The translations under genes were made by a program, and so were the position numbers. From Flagellimonas sp. (GTDB lineage Bacteria > Bacteroidota > Bacteroidia > Flavobacteriales > Flavobacteriaceae), in assembly GCF_965233845.1 (NCBI RefSeq), contig NZ_OZ247584.1:1755914-1819913 (forward strand): a stretch of 64,000 nucleotides of DNA. Direction: 5' to 3'. This document shows, piece by piece, positions 19,907 through 28,768 of this stretch. The notes under the pieces were generated by a model. It saw nothing but the letters and a program-made list of their open reading frames with translations, was not told where the DNA came from and made no database searches. Every line of letters begins with the position of its first letter. The first letter of the stretch is position 1.

Positions 19907-20500
19907 TTACTCTATAGTTAGGTTAAAGGTTTGTGTGATATCGGTTTCACCACCAGCATCAGCCAAAGTCCCATCATTGGGTTTTTTAGGCTCATGTCGC
20001 AAGGTTACCGTAAGAGTTCCGGAGCTTGCATCTGTCGTGGTAAGTGTAAAAGTTATGCCCACAGGATTATTGGTGGTGAAATTGGTGCCCGTCTCGGCAG
20101 AAACGTAGTCAGATTCTTCATCACTATACTCCGTTGTGGCATTTAACCCACCTTCAACAACATAGAAGAACTGATGCTCTGCAGCTTCACCTTCTATTTC
20201 CTCATTGACTTCTTCTGCAGGAGTTTCAGTTTCATTGAGGAGCACAACAGATCCGTTATAGGTTGTGTTTTCCGCCAAATTTCCCGAAACCGTGATTACA
20301 GGAGCATTTGGACCATCGCCATCCAAATCCCTGGATTGTAGCTCGATGGCAGTTCCGCCACCGTCTGGGGTAAGGGTAACCGTCATGGTAGTGATGGTTT
20401 CCTCTTCATTGATTTCCTCCGGGGAGTTATCATCATTGGAGCATGATGCCAAAAAACTTCCCGCTAGGATTGCCATTGATAAAAATTTGATCGTTTTCAT
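19907..20500 (-). CDS. Acidic surface or periplasmic lipoprotein, hypothetical
   Basis: Lipobox LAGSFLASC. Asp/Glu/Thr-rich sequence. 12 nt downstream of the TonB-dependent receptor. Confidence 0.7.
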   Translation of the reverse strand: MKTIKFLSMAILAGSFLASCSNDDNSPEEINEEETITTMTVTLTPDGGGTAIELQSRDLDGDGPNAPVITVSGNLAENTTYNGSVVLLNETETPAEEVNEEIEGEAAEHQFFYVVEGGLNATTEYSDEESDYVSAETGTNFTTNNPVGITFTLTTTDASSGTLTVTLRHEPKKPNDGTLADAGGETDITQTFNLTIE

Positions 20501-20512
20501 GTAATAAAGGAT

Positions 20513-22912
20513 TTAATAATTAAGTTTTAATTGAATCAAAATGTTTCTCCCTAAATCATCGGCGAAAAACCTTTGGCGATTTAGATAGTCCCTATAATTG
20601 GTGTTCAAAAGGTTATTGACCACCAATGAGGTCGTTATTTTTTTATTTCCTCCCCATGGAAATTCCATTTGAGAACGTAAGCCCAACAGGTGATAGGCAT
20701 CTGGTGCTGTATTTATTTCGAGCAGAACTTCCTGTTGCTGCTCAGGAGAAAAGACCACGATGTTGTCCGGTGTCTCATTTTGTCTAAACACATATTGACT
20801 TTCCAAGGAAACACTGAAATTTTTCCATTGGGGAATGCTATACGTGATTTGATTGCCCAAATTAGCTGCCGGAATATTGATCAAAGCTGTATTGTTGTCC
20901 ATTTCCTGTCCTTTGACCAATGAAAAGCGATGGTCCGTTTTCCATGAGTTCGTCCAATGGGCGTAGGCCGAGAAATCCAGTCCAAGAAGTCTGGCATCGG
21001 TCTGACGGTATTCCCAGACCGGAAAAGCACCTCTAATGGTGAACTCCACACCTGAGGGCTCCAGGAGTAAAAAGTTTTGTACCCAGTTGGCAAAAGGTTC
21101 CACGGAATATCCCCAAGAATCAAAATCCTGTTCAAAGGAAGCCGTGAACTTGTGTGAGGTCTCGTTATCCACCCTTAAATCCCCCAATTCAATTCGGGCC
21201 GCGGAATGATGCAAGCCGTCGCTAAACAATTCAGAAGGGTTTGGCGCTCTCTGGGCCAAGGCGTAGTTTAATTTTAAGGTCTCTCCCGTGTCCCATTGAT
21301 ATTTCCCACCTACTGTGGCCGAAATGTTATGGTAGTCAAATACAGGATTGACCAACAAAGAAGTTCCTAAATCTTCCACAATTAAATCTTGGAACTCGCT
21401 GTTGTATCCACGTTCATTCCATCTGGAAGTTTGATAAAATTTTTGGGCATCTATTCTGGTGAAATCGTAGCGGATACCCCCTTCCAGTAAGAATTGATCC
21501 GAGATTTGGATTTCACCCAATGCAAATGCTCCCAGGTCGAACTTCTCATAATCCGGGATCAACCTACGAACTCCAGTTGCGGGATTGGGGAAATTTTCCT
21601 GATAGCGACCCAAAAGCCCCACATGCATTTGATAATCTTCCTTGGAATCCCATTTAAAATCAGTAGATAGGGTATGGGTGGTCAATTCCAAATCTATGGA
21701 GGCCCGGCCATCCAGTTCTCCTCGTCGAACATCAAATTCGAACCGTCGATTGCTTTGAAAATCATATTGGAAATTCCATTTGCCAAGTCCTTCAAATCTT
21801 TTATAAAAATGGAGCTTGGCCAAATGATGTTTTACTTCTTGTTTTGGGTTTTGCAGATCATAGGTGAAATCACGGATAACCTCGGGTTGTCCATTGTTAA
21901 TGCTTCTGATCAAGTCATCCACATTACCAATATGGGAAGCCCGTAAAACAGCAATTTCAGAAGAAAAATAGGCATACCGAATGTCCCAACCCCAAGTGAA
22001 CAAACGCTTTCCGAACCTTAAGGAGGTGCCAAATTCCTGTATTCCGGTATTGGAAAGGACATAATCTGGAGCCTCCAAATCCCCAAGTCGTTTGTAGGAG
22101 CCTTGAACCTTGGCAAACCAGCCTGATCCAAAGGCTTTGGTCAACTCGGAGGTTATTGCGCCTCCTCTACCATTGGTATTGCCACTGATCAGTGTTTTGC
22201 CAAAAATGGTATCCTTAACAGGAATTTTGGCCTGTTCCAGAACTATGGTTCCCCCAATGGCATCACCGCCATACTGTAGCGCCGATGCCCCCTTTATTAC
22301 GGAAACAGCTCCTGCTGTATTTATATCGATATTAGGGGCGTGTTCATCTCCCCATTCCATATCTTGCATCCGCACGCCATCGTTTAGAATCAAAACACGG
22401 CTGCCATTTAAACCGTGAATAGTTGGCTTTACGATGTTGGCACCGGTATTCAGAGAAGAAACGCCCCCCAATTCCCGCAAAGCATCACCCAGAGTTCCCG
22501 AACTATAAAGTTCCAAGGTCGGAAGCTTCAATTTTTCCTCGGATGCTGTATTGGTCTTGTCGTTAATGGCTTCTCCAACTACATCCACTTCATCCAATTC
22601 CTCCAAATGGTGTTCCAACTTGATGTCAATTTTGGTATCCTCTTGGATCGCTATATTCATTAAAATGGTGTTGCATTCGGGATGCGACACTTCCAATTCA
22701 TAATTCCCAGCGCAAACTGCGGACATTAGAAAATTTCCATCGGCATCGGTTTCTACCGAGTGGGCAGTTCCTACAATCAAGAGGGTTGCATTTTCCAAGG
22801 GTGATTTGCTATGGTAATCTGTTACTTTACCGGTAATGGTATGGGTGCAATTCTGCGATAGGCCCCAAAAAGGGGTTGCTATCACTAGTGTGATGAAAAG
22901 CAATGCTTTCAT
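20513..22912 (-). CDS. TonB-dependent receptor with an N-terminal carboxypeptidase-regulatory-like domain
   Basis: Signal peptide. TGKVTDYHSKSPLENATLLIVGT (CarboxypepD_reg-like). Plug region LDEVDVVGEA...GANIVKPTIHGL. Long beta-barrel ending ...QLKLNY. Confidence 0.9.
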   Translation of the reverse strand: MKALLFITLVIATPFWGLSQNCTHTITGKVTDYHSKSPLENATLLIVGTAHSVETDADGNFLMSAVCAGNYELEVSHPECNTILMNIAIQEDTKIDIKLEHHLEELDEVDVVGEAINDKTNTASEEKLKLPTLELYSSGTLGDALRELGGVSSLNTGANIVKPTIHGLNGSRVLILNDGVRMQDMEWGDEHAPNIDINTAGAVSVIKGASALQYGGDAIGGTIVLEQAKIPVKDTIFGKTLISGNTNGRGGAITSELTKAFGSGWFAKVQGSYKRLGDLEAPDYVLSNTGIQEFGTSLRFGKRLFTWGWDIRYAYFSSEIAVLRASHIGNVDDLIRSINNGQPEVIRDFTYDLQNPKQEVKHHLAKLHFYKRFEGLGKWNFQYDFQSNRRFEFDVRRGELDGRASIDLELTTHTLSTDFKWDSKEDYQMHVGLLGRYQENFPNPATGVRRLIPDYEKFDLGAFALGEIQISDQFLLEGGIRYDFTRIDAQKFYQTSRWNERGYNSEFQDLIVEDLGTSLLVNPVFDYHNISATVGGKYQWDTGETLKLNYALAQRAPNPSELFSDGLHHSAARIELGDLRVDNETSHKFTASFEQDFDSWGYSVEPFANWVQNFLLLEPSGVEFTIRGAFPVWEYRQTDARLLGLDFSAYAHWTNSWKTDHRFSLVKGQEMDNNTALINIPAANLGNQITYSIPQWKNFSVSLESQYVFRQNETPDNIVVFSPEQQQEVLLEINTAPDAYHLLGLRSQMEFPWGGNKKITTSLVVNNLLNTNYRDYLNRQRFFADDLGRNILIQLKLNY

Positions 22913-22981
22913 ACTTAAATCAATAAAATATTAGTGTTCATTTAGGACTCCTATACAAGTCCAGTTGCGGGATTCAAGCCA

Positions 22982-23284
22982 TTAGGCCTGAGCTGAGGGT
23001 GGAGGCCTCGAAAAAAAGAAATGGGAGCTGGGAATTGGAACATTTATCTGATACTGGAATTCCACCTCTTCGGTAATGAAGAAAGTGTTGACTTCCGGTA
23101 TCATGACCTTTCCAGTAATTTCAAAATTGGATTGCTGTGATTCCAGTGCAATTTCGCAGATAGCACAGTTTTCAATTTCATGTGTTTCCCCATCTTGATG
23201 GGAGTAAACATGCAAAGCAGAAACCTTCACCAACATGAGGGTGGCGAACAAAAGAAATACGAAAATCTTCTTTAAATCCTGCAT
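22982..23284 (-). CDS. Small membrane-anchored Cys/His protein (paralogue of 19520-19861)
   Basis: Anchor IFVFLLFATLMLVKVSA, then HVYSHQDGETHEIEN, CAIC and a C-terminal HFFFSRPPPS. Confidence 0.6.
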   Translation of the reverse strand: MQDLKKIFVFLLFATLMLVKVSALHVYSHQDGETHEIENCAICEIALESQQSNFEITGKVMIPEVNTFFITEEVEFQYQINVPIPSSHFFFSRPPPSAQA

Positions 23285-23291
23285 TAGATGG

Positions 23292-23299
23292 CAAATCTA
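23292..23299 (-). promoter_or_regulatory. Candidate Bacteroidota -7 box (TAGATTTG) in front of the first gene of the receptor locus
   Basis: Matches TAnnTTTG on the minus strand, 8 nt upstream of the ATG at 23284. This would imply a near-leaderless mRNA. Confidence 0.25.
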
Positions 23300-23339
23300 A
23301 CCAAATTAATGGTAGGAATTATGTTAACAAAACCTTAAA

Positions 23340-23855
23340 CTAGGGGATTAGGAACCCCAGTCCCATGCGCTTGAGCATCTTCTTTTCAAAGTCCCAAAAG
23401 AACTTAAACTGGCCAAAAAGCCATCCGAAGCAAATCAACAGTACCTGATATATGGGAAAAATAAGCAGGATTCTAGCGGTCCAATACAGCCAGCCGCTTA
23501 CCAAATCCCGTTTTAGTCCAATGATTTCGGTCAATGGTCCGGCCAATTTACCGGAGAGACTACCCGTGACGGCAAAAACGATAAATATGGCTATCATTTC
23601 CCAACGTTGTTCCACAATCCATTTATTGGATAATTTCTTGAAGCACCATAAAAAAAAGCGGAGCATCACATAATATAAAAGGACTGAACTCCCAAGCGTA
23701 AAAGGCCATTCCCAAATGCTGTTGTTTAATTCGAAGAGATGCAGAAACCTCCTGGCAATCATATAGGCGGTAAGAAAAAGCAATGCTACACCCAGGAAAG
23801 GAAAAAGGTATTGCCAGTTTTGGGTAATGTCCCAGCGTGCTTTTATTTTTTTCAT
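23340..23855 (-). CDS. Integral membrane protein, hypothetical
   Basis: 171 aa with four to five hydrophobic helices. No catalytic motif seen. Confidence 0.55.
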   Translation of the reverse strand: MKKIKARWDITQNWQYLFPFLGVALLFLTAYMIARRFLHLFELNNSIWEWPFTLGSSVLLYYVMLRFFLWCFKKLSNKWIVEQRWEMIAIFIVFAVTGSLSGKLAGPLTEIIGLKRDLVSGWLYWTARILLIFPIYQVLLICFGWLFGQFKFFWDFEKKMLKRMGLGFLIP

Positions 23856-23885
23856 CGAATAAATTTCGACGGCAAAAATAACATT

Positions 23886-24344
23886 TTATATCCTTGGAAG
23901 GAAGGGACCCAATCGCTGATTGTATTTGCGTTGGAAATAAATAAAATAGTTGTAGAGCTTGTAGTTTACATCGTACCCATAATCTATATTCGGGTCATAA
24001 TCAATCTGGAGTTGATAAAGATTGGGATTGAATCTTTGGGGCTGAAGTACCCTTTGATTCCAATTGATGACCAACAATTGATTTCGGTTTTCCAGAAAGT
24101 GTTGGGAATAATAACCTTCTGGTCTGGCTATGCTTTGCAGCCATTGATAAAAACCGGGTTCAATGATGATGATTTCGTACTCTGTTTCTTCATCCTTAAT
24201 TTCAACCTGTGCATCATCTTCCGAGGTAAAAACCGCTTTTTCCTCTTCAGATATGGCCACCGTTTCTTTTTGGGCCGTACAGGAAAGAATCAATCCCAGA
24301 ATCATTACAGCCCCAAATAGCTTTTGTAAAATGTTCTTTTTCAT
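23886..24344 (-). CDS. Lipoprotein, hypothetical
   Basis: Start trimmed to MKKNILQKLFGAVMILGLILSC (lipobox). No family motif recognised. Confidence 0.55.
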   Translation of the reverse strand: MKKNILQKLFGAVMILGLILSCTAQKETVAISEEEKAVFTSEDDAQVEIKDEETEYEIIIIEPGFYQWLQSIARPEGYYSQHFLENRNQLLVINWNQRVLQPQRFNPNLYQLQIDYDPNIDYGYDVNYKLYNYFIYFQRKYNQRLGPFLPRI

Positions 24345-24411
24345 AATATTAAGGTACGAAAAAGCCATTTGAAATTTCAAATGGCCTTGTTAAATAACGT
24401 TAATTCTTGGA

Positions 24412-25053
24412 TTATTTCCTGAAGAGGCCTCCCAAGAGCCCTCCAAGTCCACTTTTCTTTTGATTGCCGCCGCTAAGTACCATTCCGGCTAAATCGTCAA
24501 TAACGCTGCCGTCTCCATCGGAATCCAAGAAGGTCTCAATAAGGGATTGTTGCCTGGTAGCAGAGCTTCCTCCTCCCATAAGTCCTCCTAAAAGGCCACT
24601 AAGGGCATCAGGTTTGCTTACGTTTTGCTGACGGGTCTGTTTGCCCAAGTACCCTAAAAGAATGGGTGCAGCTATTTTCAAAATTTGTGCTATAGATCCA
24701 GTATCCATGCCCGACTTGCTGCTCAAGGCACTTTCCACCTGTGGTTGTTTTGCTCCGAAGATATGTCCCAATATCCCTGCTCCATCATTCATTACACTTT
24801 GATCTACACCACCGCCGAAAAGTCCACCAAGATCATCCAAAATACTTCCGTCGTGTTTTGAAGAAAGCGCGTTCATCAATCCTTCTGCACCGCTTTGGGT
24901 AGAGACATTTCTTTTCATGGCACCCATAAGCAAGGGCATGGCCATACTGAGCACATCTGCGGTCTTGTTTTCTGGCTGCCCTGTTTGACCGGCAACTCCG
25001 CTAATTAATTGTTTGCCCATTGGGCTGTTTAATAAATCTAATAATCCTGACAT
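24412..25053 (-). CDS. DUF937-like Gly-rich protein (from recollection)
   Basis: N-terminus MSGLLDLLNSPMGKQLISGVAG and repeated GGLLGGL/GGLFGGG segments. Confidence 0.55.
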   Translation of the reverse strand: MSGLLDLLNSPMGKQLISGVAGQTGQPENKTADVLSMAMPLLMGAMKRNVSTQSGAEGLMNALSSKHDGSILDDLGGLFGGGVDQSVMNDGAGILGHIFGAKQPQVESALSSKSGMDTGSIAQILKIAAPILLGYLGKQTRQQNVSKPDALSGLLGGLMGGGSSATRQQSLIETFLDSDGDGSVIDDLAGMVLSGGNQKKSGLGGLLGGLFRK

Positions 25054-25125
25054 TCCTTTAGTGTTTAGTTAAGACCCCCAATGTACAAAATTGAAGGTAT
25101 CGATTCTGGGTTTGGTCAAAAAAAC

Positions 25126-26079
25126 TTAGCTCAGTAAGCTAACCACCTGATTGGCCAATTCCAGACCTATCCGGTCTTGGGCGGCCTTGGTGGATGCCCC
25201 AATATGGGGTGTCAAGGAAATTTTGGGATGCATTAGGATTTTGATTTCGGGAGTGGGTTCGGATTCGAAGACGTCCAAACCAGCAAATGACAGTTTTTCT
25301 TTTTCCAGGGCATCAATCAGTGCAACTTCATCCAAAACGCCCCCACGAGCCGCATTGACGATTCCGGCACCTGTCTTCATCATTTCAAATTCTTTTTTTC
25401 CCAGGATATATCCATTTTGCGCTGGGACATGAATTGTAATGAAATCGGATGCTTGCAAAACTTCTTCAAAAGTGTTGGCTTTCATTGAAAAGGTTACCGA
25501 CTGTCCATCAAAAAAAGATACGCTTAAGGTGCAGTCTTCTACATTATGGTCTGCATAGAGCACCTTCATGCCCATGGCAAGCCCAATCCGGGCCGTAGCT
25601 TGTCCAATTCTTCCAAAACCGATGATACCCAAGGTCTTTCCCCTAAGTTCCATTCCATTGGTGTAGCTTTTTTTCAATTGCTTGAATTTGCTATCCCCTT
25701 CCAAAGGCATATTTCTATTGGAATCGTGTAAAAATCTGGCCCCACTGAACAAATGGGCAAAAACAAGTTCGGCCACAGAGGCTGAGGACGCGGCTGGTGT
25801 ATTGATTACATGGATTCCCTTCGATTTGGCATAAGGAATATCGATATTGTCCATGCCAACACCTCCACGGCCCACCAGTTCCAAATTGGGACAGGCATCA
25901 ATCAATGATTTATCCACTTGGGTAGCACTTCGTACCAATAGTGCCAGTACTTGGTTGTCATTGATAAAATTGGATAATTGTTCCTGTGCCACTTTGGTTG
26001 TCAAGACTTTAAAGCCTTCTTTTTCCAAGAGTTCTATGCCGGACTGTGCGAGTCCATCGTTTGCCAGTATCACCTTCAT
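25126..26079 (-). CDS. serA: D-3-phosphoglycerate dehydrogenase, short type without an ACT domain
   Basis: D-2-hydroxyacid dehydrogenase NAD motif GIIGFGRIG and a catalytic His context (LTPHIGAST). Adjacent to serC. Confidence 0.8.
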   Translation of the reverse strand: MKVILANDGLAQSGIELLEKEGFKVLTTKVAQEQLSNFINDNQVLALLVRSATQVDKSLIDACPNLELVGRGGVGMDNIDIPYAKSKGIHVINTPAASSASVAELVFAHLFSGARFLHDSNRNMPLEGDSKFKQLKKSYTNGMELRGKTLGIIGFGRIGQATARIGLAMGMKVLYADHNVEDCTLSVSFFDGQSVTFSMKANTFEEVLQASDFITIHVPAQNGYILGKKEFEMMKTGAGIVNAARGGVLDEVALIDALEKEKLSFAGLDVFESEPTPEIKILMHPKISLTPHIGASTKAAQDRIGLELANQVVSLLS

Positions 26080-26132
26080 AAATTAAAAGTGTTGAATTTT
26101 AAATGCTACGTTTTGAATTGCTGTTGACTTGT

Positions 26133-27197
26133 TTATCCCCTTTTCTCCAAATCGCTCATAATATCTACCAAAACACCAACACTTTCCAAGGACATGGCGT
26201 TGTACATGGAAGCACGGTACCCGCCTACAGAACGGTGGCCGTTTATTCCGCTTATTCCTGCTTCCAGGCATTTTTGATCAAAGATTTCCTTTAGGGTCTC
26301 ATCGGTGATATTGAAGGTGGCGTTCATGATGGAACGATCCTCCTTGGCCGCAAATCCTGAGAAAACAGGATTCAATTCTATTTCCGAATAGATTAGATTG
26401 GCCTTGCGCTCATTGATTTCCTCAATGGCAGCAATTCCTCCCAAATCCTTTAGCCATTGCAGGGTGAGCATGGAAACATAAACCGCAAAAACTGGAGGTG
26501 TGTTAAACATACTATCCTTGCTGGCATGCACCGAATAGTCCAACATCGAAGGGATTTTTCGGGATACCTTGCCCAAAATATCTTCCTTAATAACGACCAA
26601 GGTAGTACCGGCGGGCCCCATGTTCTTTTGAGCGCCGGCATAGATCAAATCAAATTTGGAGAAATCCAGTTGACGGGAGAATATATCCGAACTCATATCA
26701 CAAACCAAGGGGACATCTGTTTTGGGAAACTCCTTGATCTGGGTACCGAAAATGGTATTGTTTGAAGTCAAATGCAAATAATCCAGGTCTTTTGGAACGT
26801 TGTAACCCTTTGGGATGTAATTGAAGTTTTGATCTTGTGAAGAGGCAACTTCCACAATTTCGCCCATTAAACGAGCTTCCTTGATGGCTTTTAGACTCCA
26901 AGTACCGGTATTGACATATCCCGCTTTTTTATCCAGAAGATTATAAGCGGTCATTAAAAATTGGGTGCTGGCCCCGCCTTGCAAAAAAAGTGCTTGATAA
27001 CCTTTGCCTTCCAACCCCAACAACTCCAAAGCCAAGGAGCGGGCCTTTTCCATAATGGCCACAAATTCTTTACTCCTATGGGAAATTTCGATAAGGGACA
27101 ACCCAATGCCATCCAATTCCACAACGGCTTCTGCCGCTTTCTGCATTACTTCCTGTGGCAAAATACATGGGCCTGCGCTAAAATTGTGCTTTTTCAT
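26133..27197 (-). CDS. serC: Phosphoserine aminotransferase
   Basis: N-terminus HNFSAGPCILPQEV. PLP-lysine context YAGAQKNMGPAG. Confidence 0.9.
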   Translation of the reverse strand: MKKHNFSAGPCILPQEVMQKAAEAVVELDGIGLSLIEISHRSKEFVAIMEKARSLALELLGLEGKGYQALFLQGGASTQFLMTAYNLLDKKAGYVNTGTWSLKAIKEARLMGEIVEVASSQDQNFNYIPKGYNVPKDLDYLHLTSNNTIFGTQIKEFPKTDVPLVCDMSSDIFSRQLDFSKFDLIYAGAQKNMGPAGTTLVVIKEDILGKVSRKIPSMLDYSVHASKDSMFNTPPVFAVYVSMLTLQWLKDLGGIAAIEEINERKANLIYSEIELNPVFSGFAAKEDRSIMNATFNITDETLKEIFDQKCLEAGISGINGHRSVGGYRASMYNAMSLESVGVLVDIMSDLEKRG

Positions 27198-27279
27198 TTG
27201 ATAGAGGTTAGTTGCAATCCGATTAATTAAGCGTCAAAGGTCTTAAAAAAACTTGGATCTAAAAATCGGATGGTCTTAT

Positions 27280-28326
27280 CTAAAGCTGCTGTAAAAAATC
27301 CAAGGTATCAATCCCGTCCGCATAATCGTGAAGGCTGGGTTTTTGGGTTTCTCCAAAAGCTATTTCGGAAGCTAGCAACCCTTTGGACACCACACATTGG
27401 ATATCCTCCTTCCGATCTTCAAGAAGATTTTTGATTGTATCCAAAGAATCATAATGCGCATAAAATAAAGAAGCTATGGGAGAAGCAAAACCCTCATCTT
27501 CCTTCAGAACCAAGAACCCATTGTCCAGTATTTTGAACTCACTCATCAAATACACCGCTTTATTGTAGTCGTAATTGTTGGCATATTTATGTTGATGGAT
27601 GATGTCCTTGTATTCAAACAAGGCATTAAAAAGGGGTTCAAAATTGTAATCCTTTGGCACGTAGATTTTGGAGACATTACGGCAACCTAAACCGTAGTAT
27701 CTAAAAATATCTTCACCCAGTGCTATCAGTTCTTCTTTGGTTTCCTTTCCCGTAAGAACGGCAACAGCATTCCGATTTTTTCGTATGATGTTGGGCTTTT
27801 TCCCAAAGTAGTATTCAAAATAGCGACTTGTATTATTGCTACCCGTAGCGATTACAGCATCAAAATGGTCAAACTTTCCATCAACAAATTGAATGGAGTC
27901 CTTAAGAGAGGCTTCATACCCAATCAACTGTTCCGCAAGATAGGGTAGGAGCACGGTATCATTGGAAGATAGTTTGGCCTGAACCTTATTTCCCGAGAGC
28001 AGCACGCAAATGAAATCGTGAAAACCCACTAAGGGAATGTTTCCGGCCATGACAATCCCAACAACTTTGACATTTTTTCCTTTTTCAAATGCATATTGGG
28101 ACAACCAAGTGACCATATTTTCCTCCGTCAACAGATGGGCCCAGTGTCCAAGGCTATATAGCATGTTTTCTTGGGTAAACCAACCATTTTGTTGTTCGGA
28201 CCGGGCCAATACTTCTTTAAAATCAGCGTTAGCATTATTGGCTCCTGAATTGCGGGATTCACAAAAATCCTGGATAAAACCTCCAAGTTTAACAAAAGCT
28301 TGCACTATTGGGTTATGGGCCGTCAT
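27280..28326 (-). CDS. LuxC-type acyl-CoA reductase family protein (from recollection)
   Basis: 348-aa soluble protein resembling the acyl-CoA reductase family commonly annotated in Flavobacteriia. I could not verify a unique motif by eye. Confidence 0.55.
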   Translation of the reverse strand: MTAHNPIVQAFVKLGGFIQDFCESRNSGANNANADFKEVLARSEQQNGWFTQENMLYSLGHWAHLLTEENMVTWLSQYAFEKGKNVKVVGIVMAGNIPLVGFHDFICVLLSGNKVQAKLSSNDTVLLPYLAEQLIGYEASLKDSIQFVDGKFDHFDAVIATGSNNTSRYFEYYFGKKPNIIRKNRNAVAVLTGKETKEELIALGEDIFRYYGLGCRNVSKIYVPKDYNFEPLFNALFEYKDIIHQHKYANNYDYNKAVYLMSEFKILDNGFLVLKEDEGFASPIASLFYAHYDSLDTIKNLLEDRKEDIQCVVSKGLLASEIAFGETQKPSLHDYADGIDTLDFLQQL

Positions 28327-28413
28327 TATATTTGTACACTAAATTGGTAGGGTTTATTTTTGCGCAAAAGTACGCATGCTGAAATAAACTCAGCATATAG
28401 GAAAAAGAAAATT

Positions 28414-28767
28414 ATGGCGATTATTATAACAGACGAATGTATCAACTGCGGGGCTTGTGAGCCGGAATGCCCAAACACCGCAATTTATGAGGGTGCTGAT
28501 GAATGGCGCTATAGTGACGGTACTTCCTTGGTTGGTGATGTAGTATTGCCAGACGGAAAGGCAGTAAATGCTGATGAAGTACAAGAACCTATCAGCGACG
28601 AAATTTACTATATAGCTCCGGATAAATGTACCGAGTGCATGGGCTTTCATGAGGAACCCCAATGTGCCGCTGTATGTCCAGTGGACTGTTGTGTTCCAGA
28701 TGAAGACCGGGTAGAGTCCGAAGATGTTCTTTTGGGCAAGCAGAAATTTATGCACCCGGACGGGTAG
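28414..28767 (+). CDS. 4Fe-4S ferredoxin
   Basis: CINCGACEPECP and CTECMGFHEEPQCAAVCP cluster motifs. The start was moved to the ATG at 28414 (MAIIITDE). Confidence 0.85.
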   Translation: MAIIITDECINCGACEPECPNTAIYEGADEWRYSDGTSLVGDVVLPDGKAVNADEVQEPISDEIYYIAPDKCTECMGFHEEPQCAAVCPVDCCVPDEDRVESEDVLLGKQKFMHPDG

Positions 28768-28768
28768 G

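Noticed and set aside
24412-25053. I asked whether the Gly-rich repetitive coding sequence is a DNA tandem repeat or a contingency locus.
   Set aside because: The repetition is at the amino-acid level (GGLLGG-type), with varied codons. There is no exact nucleotide tandem repeat.
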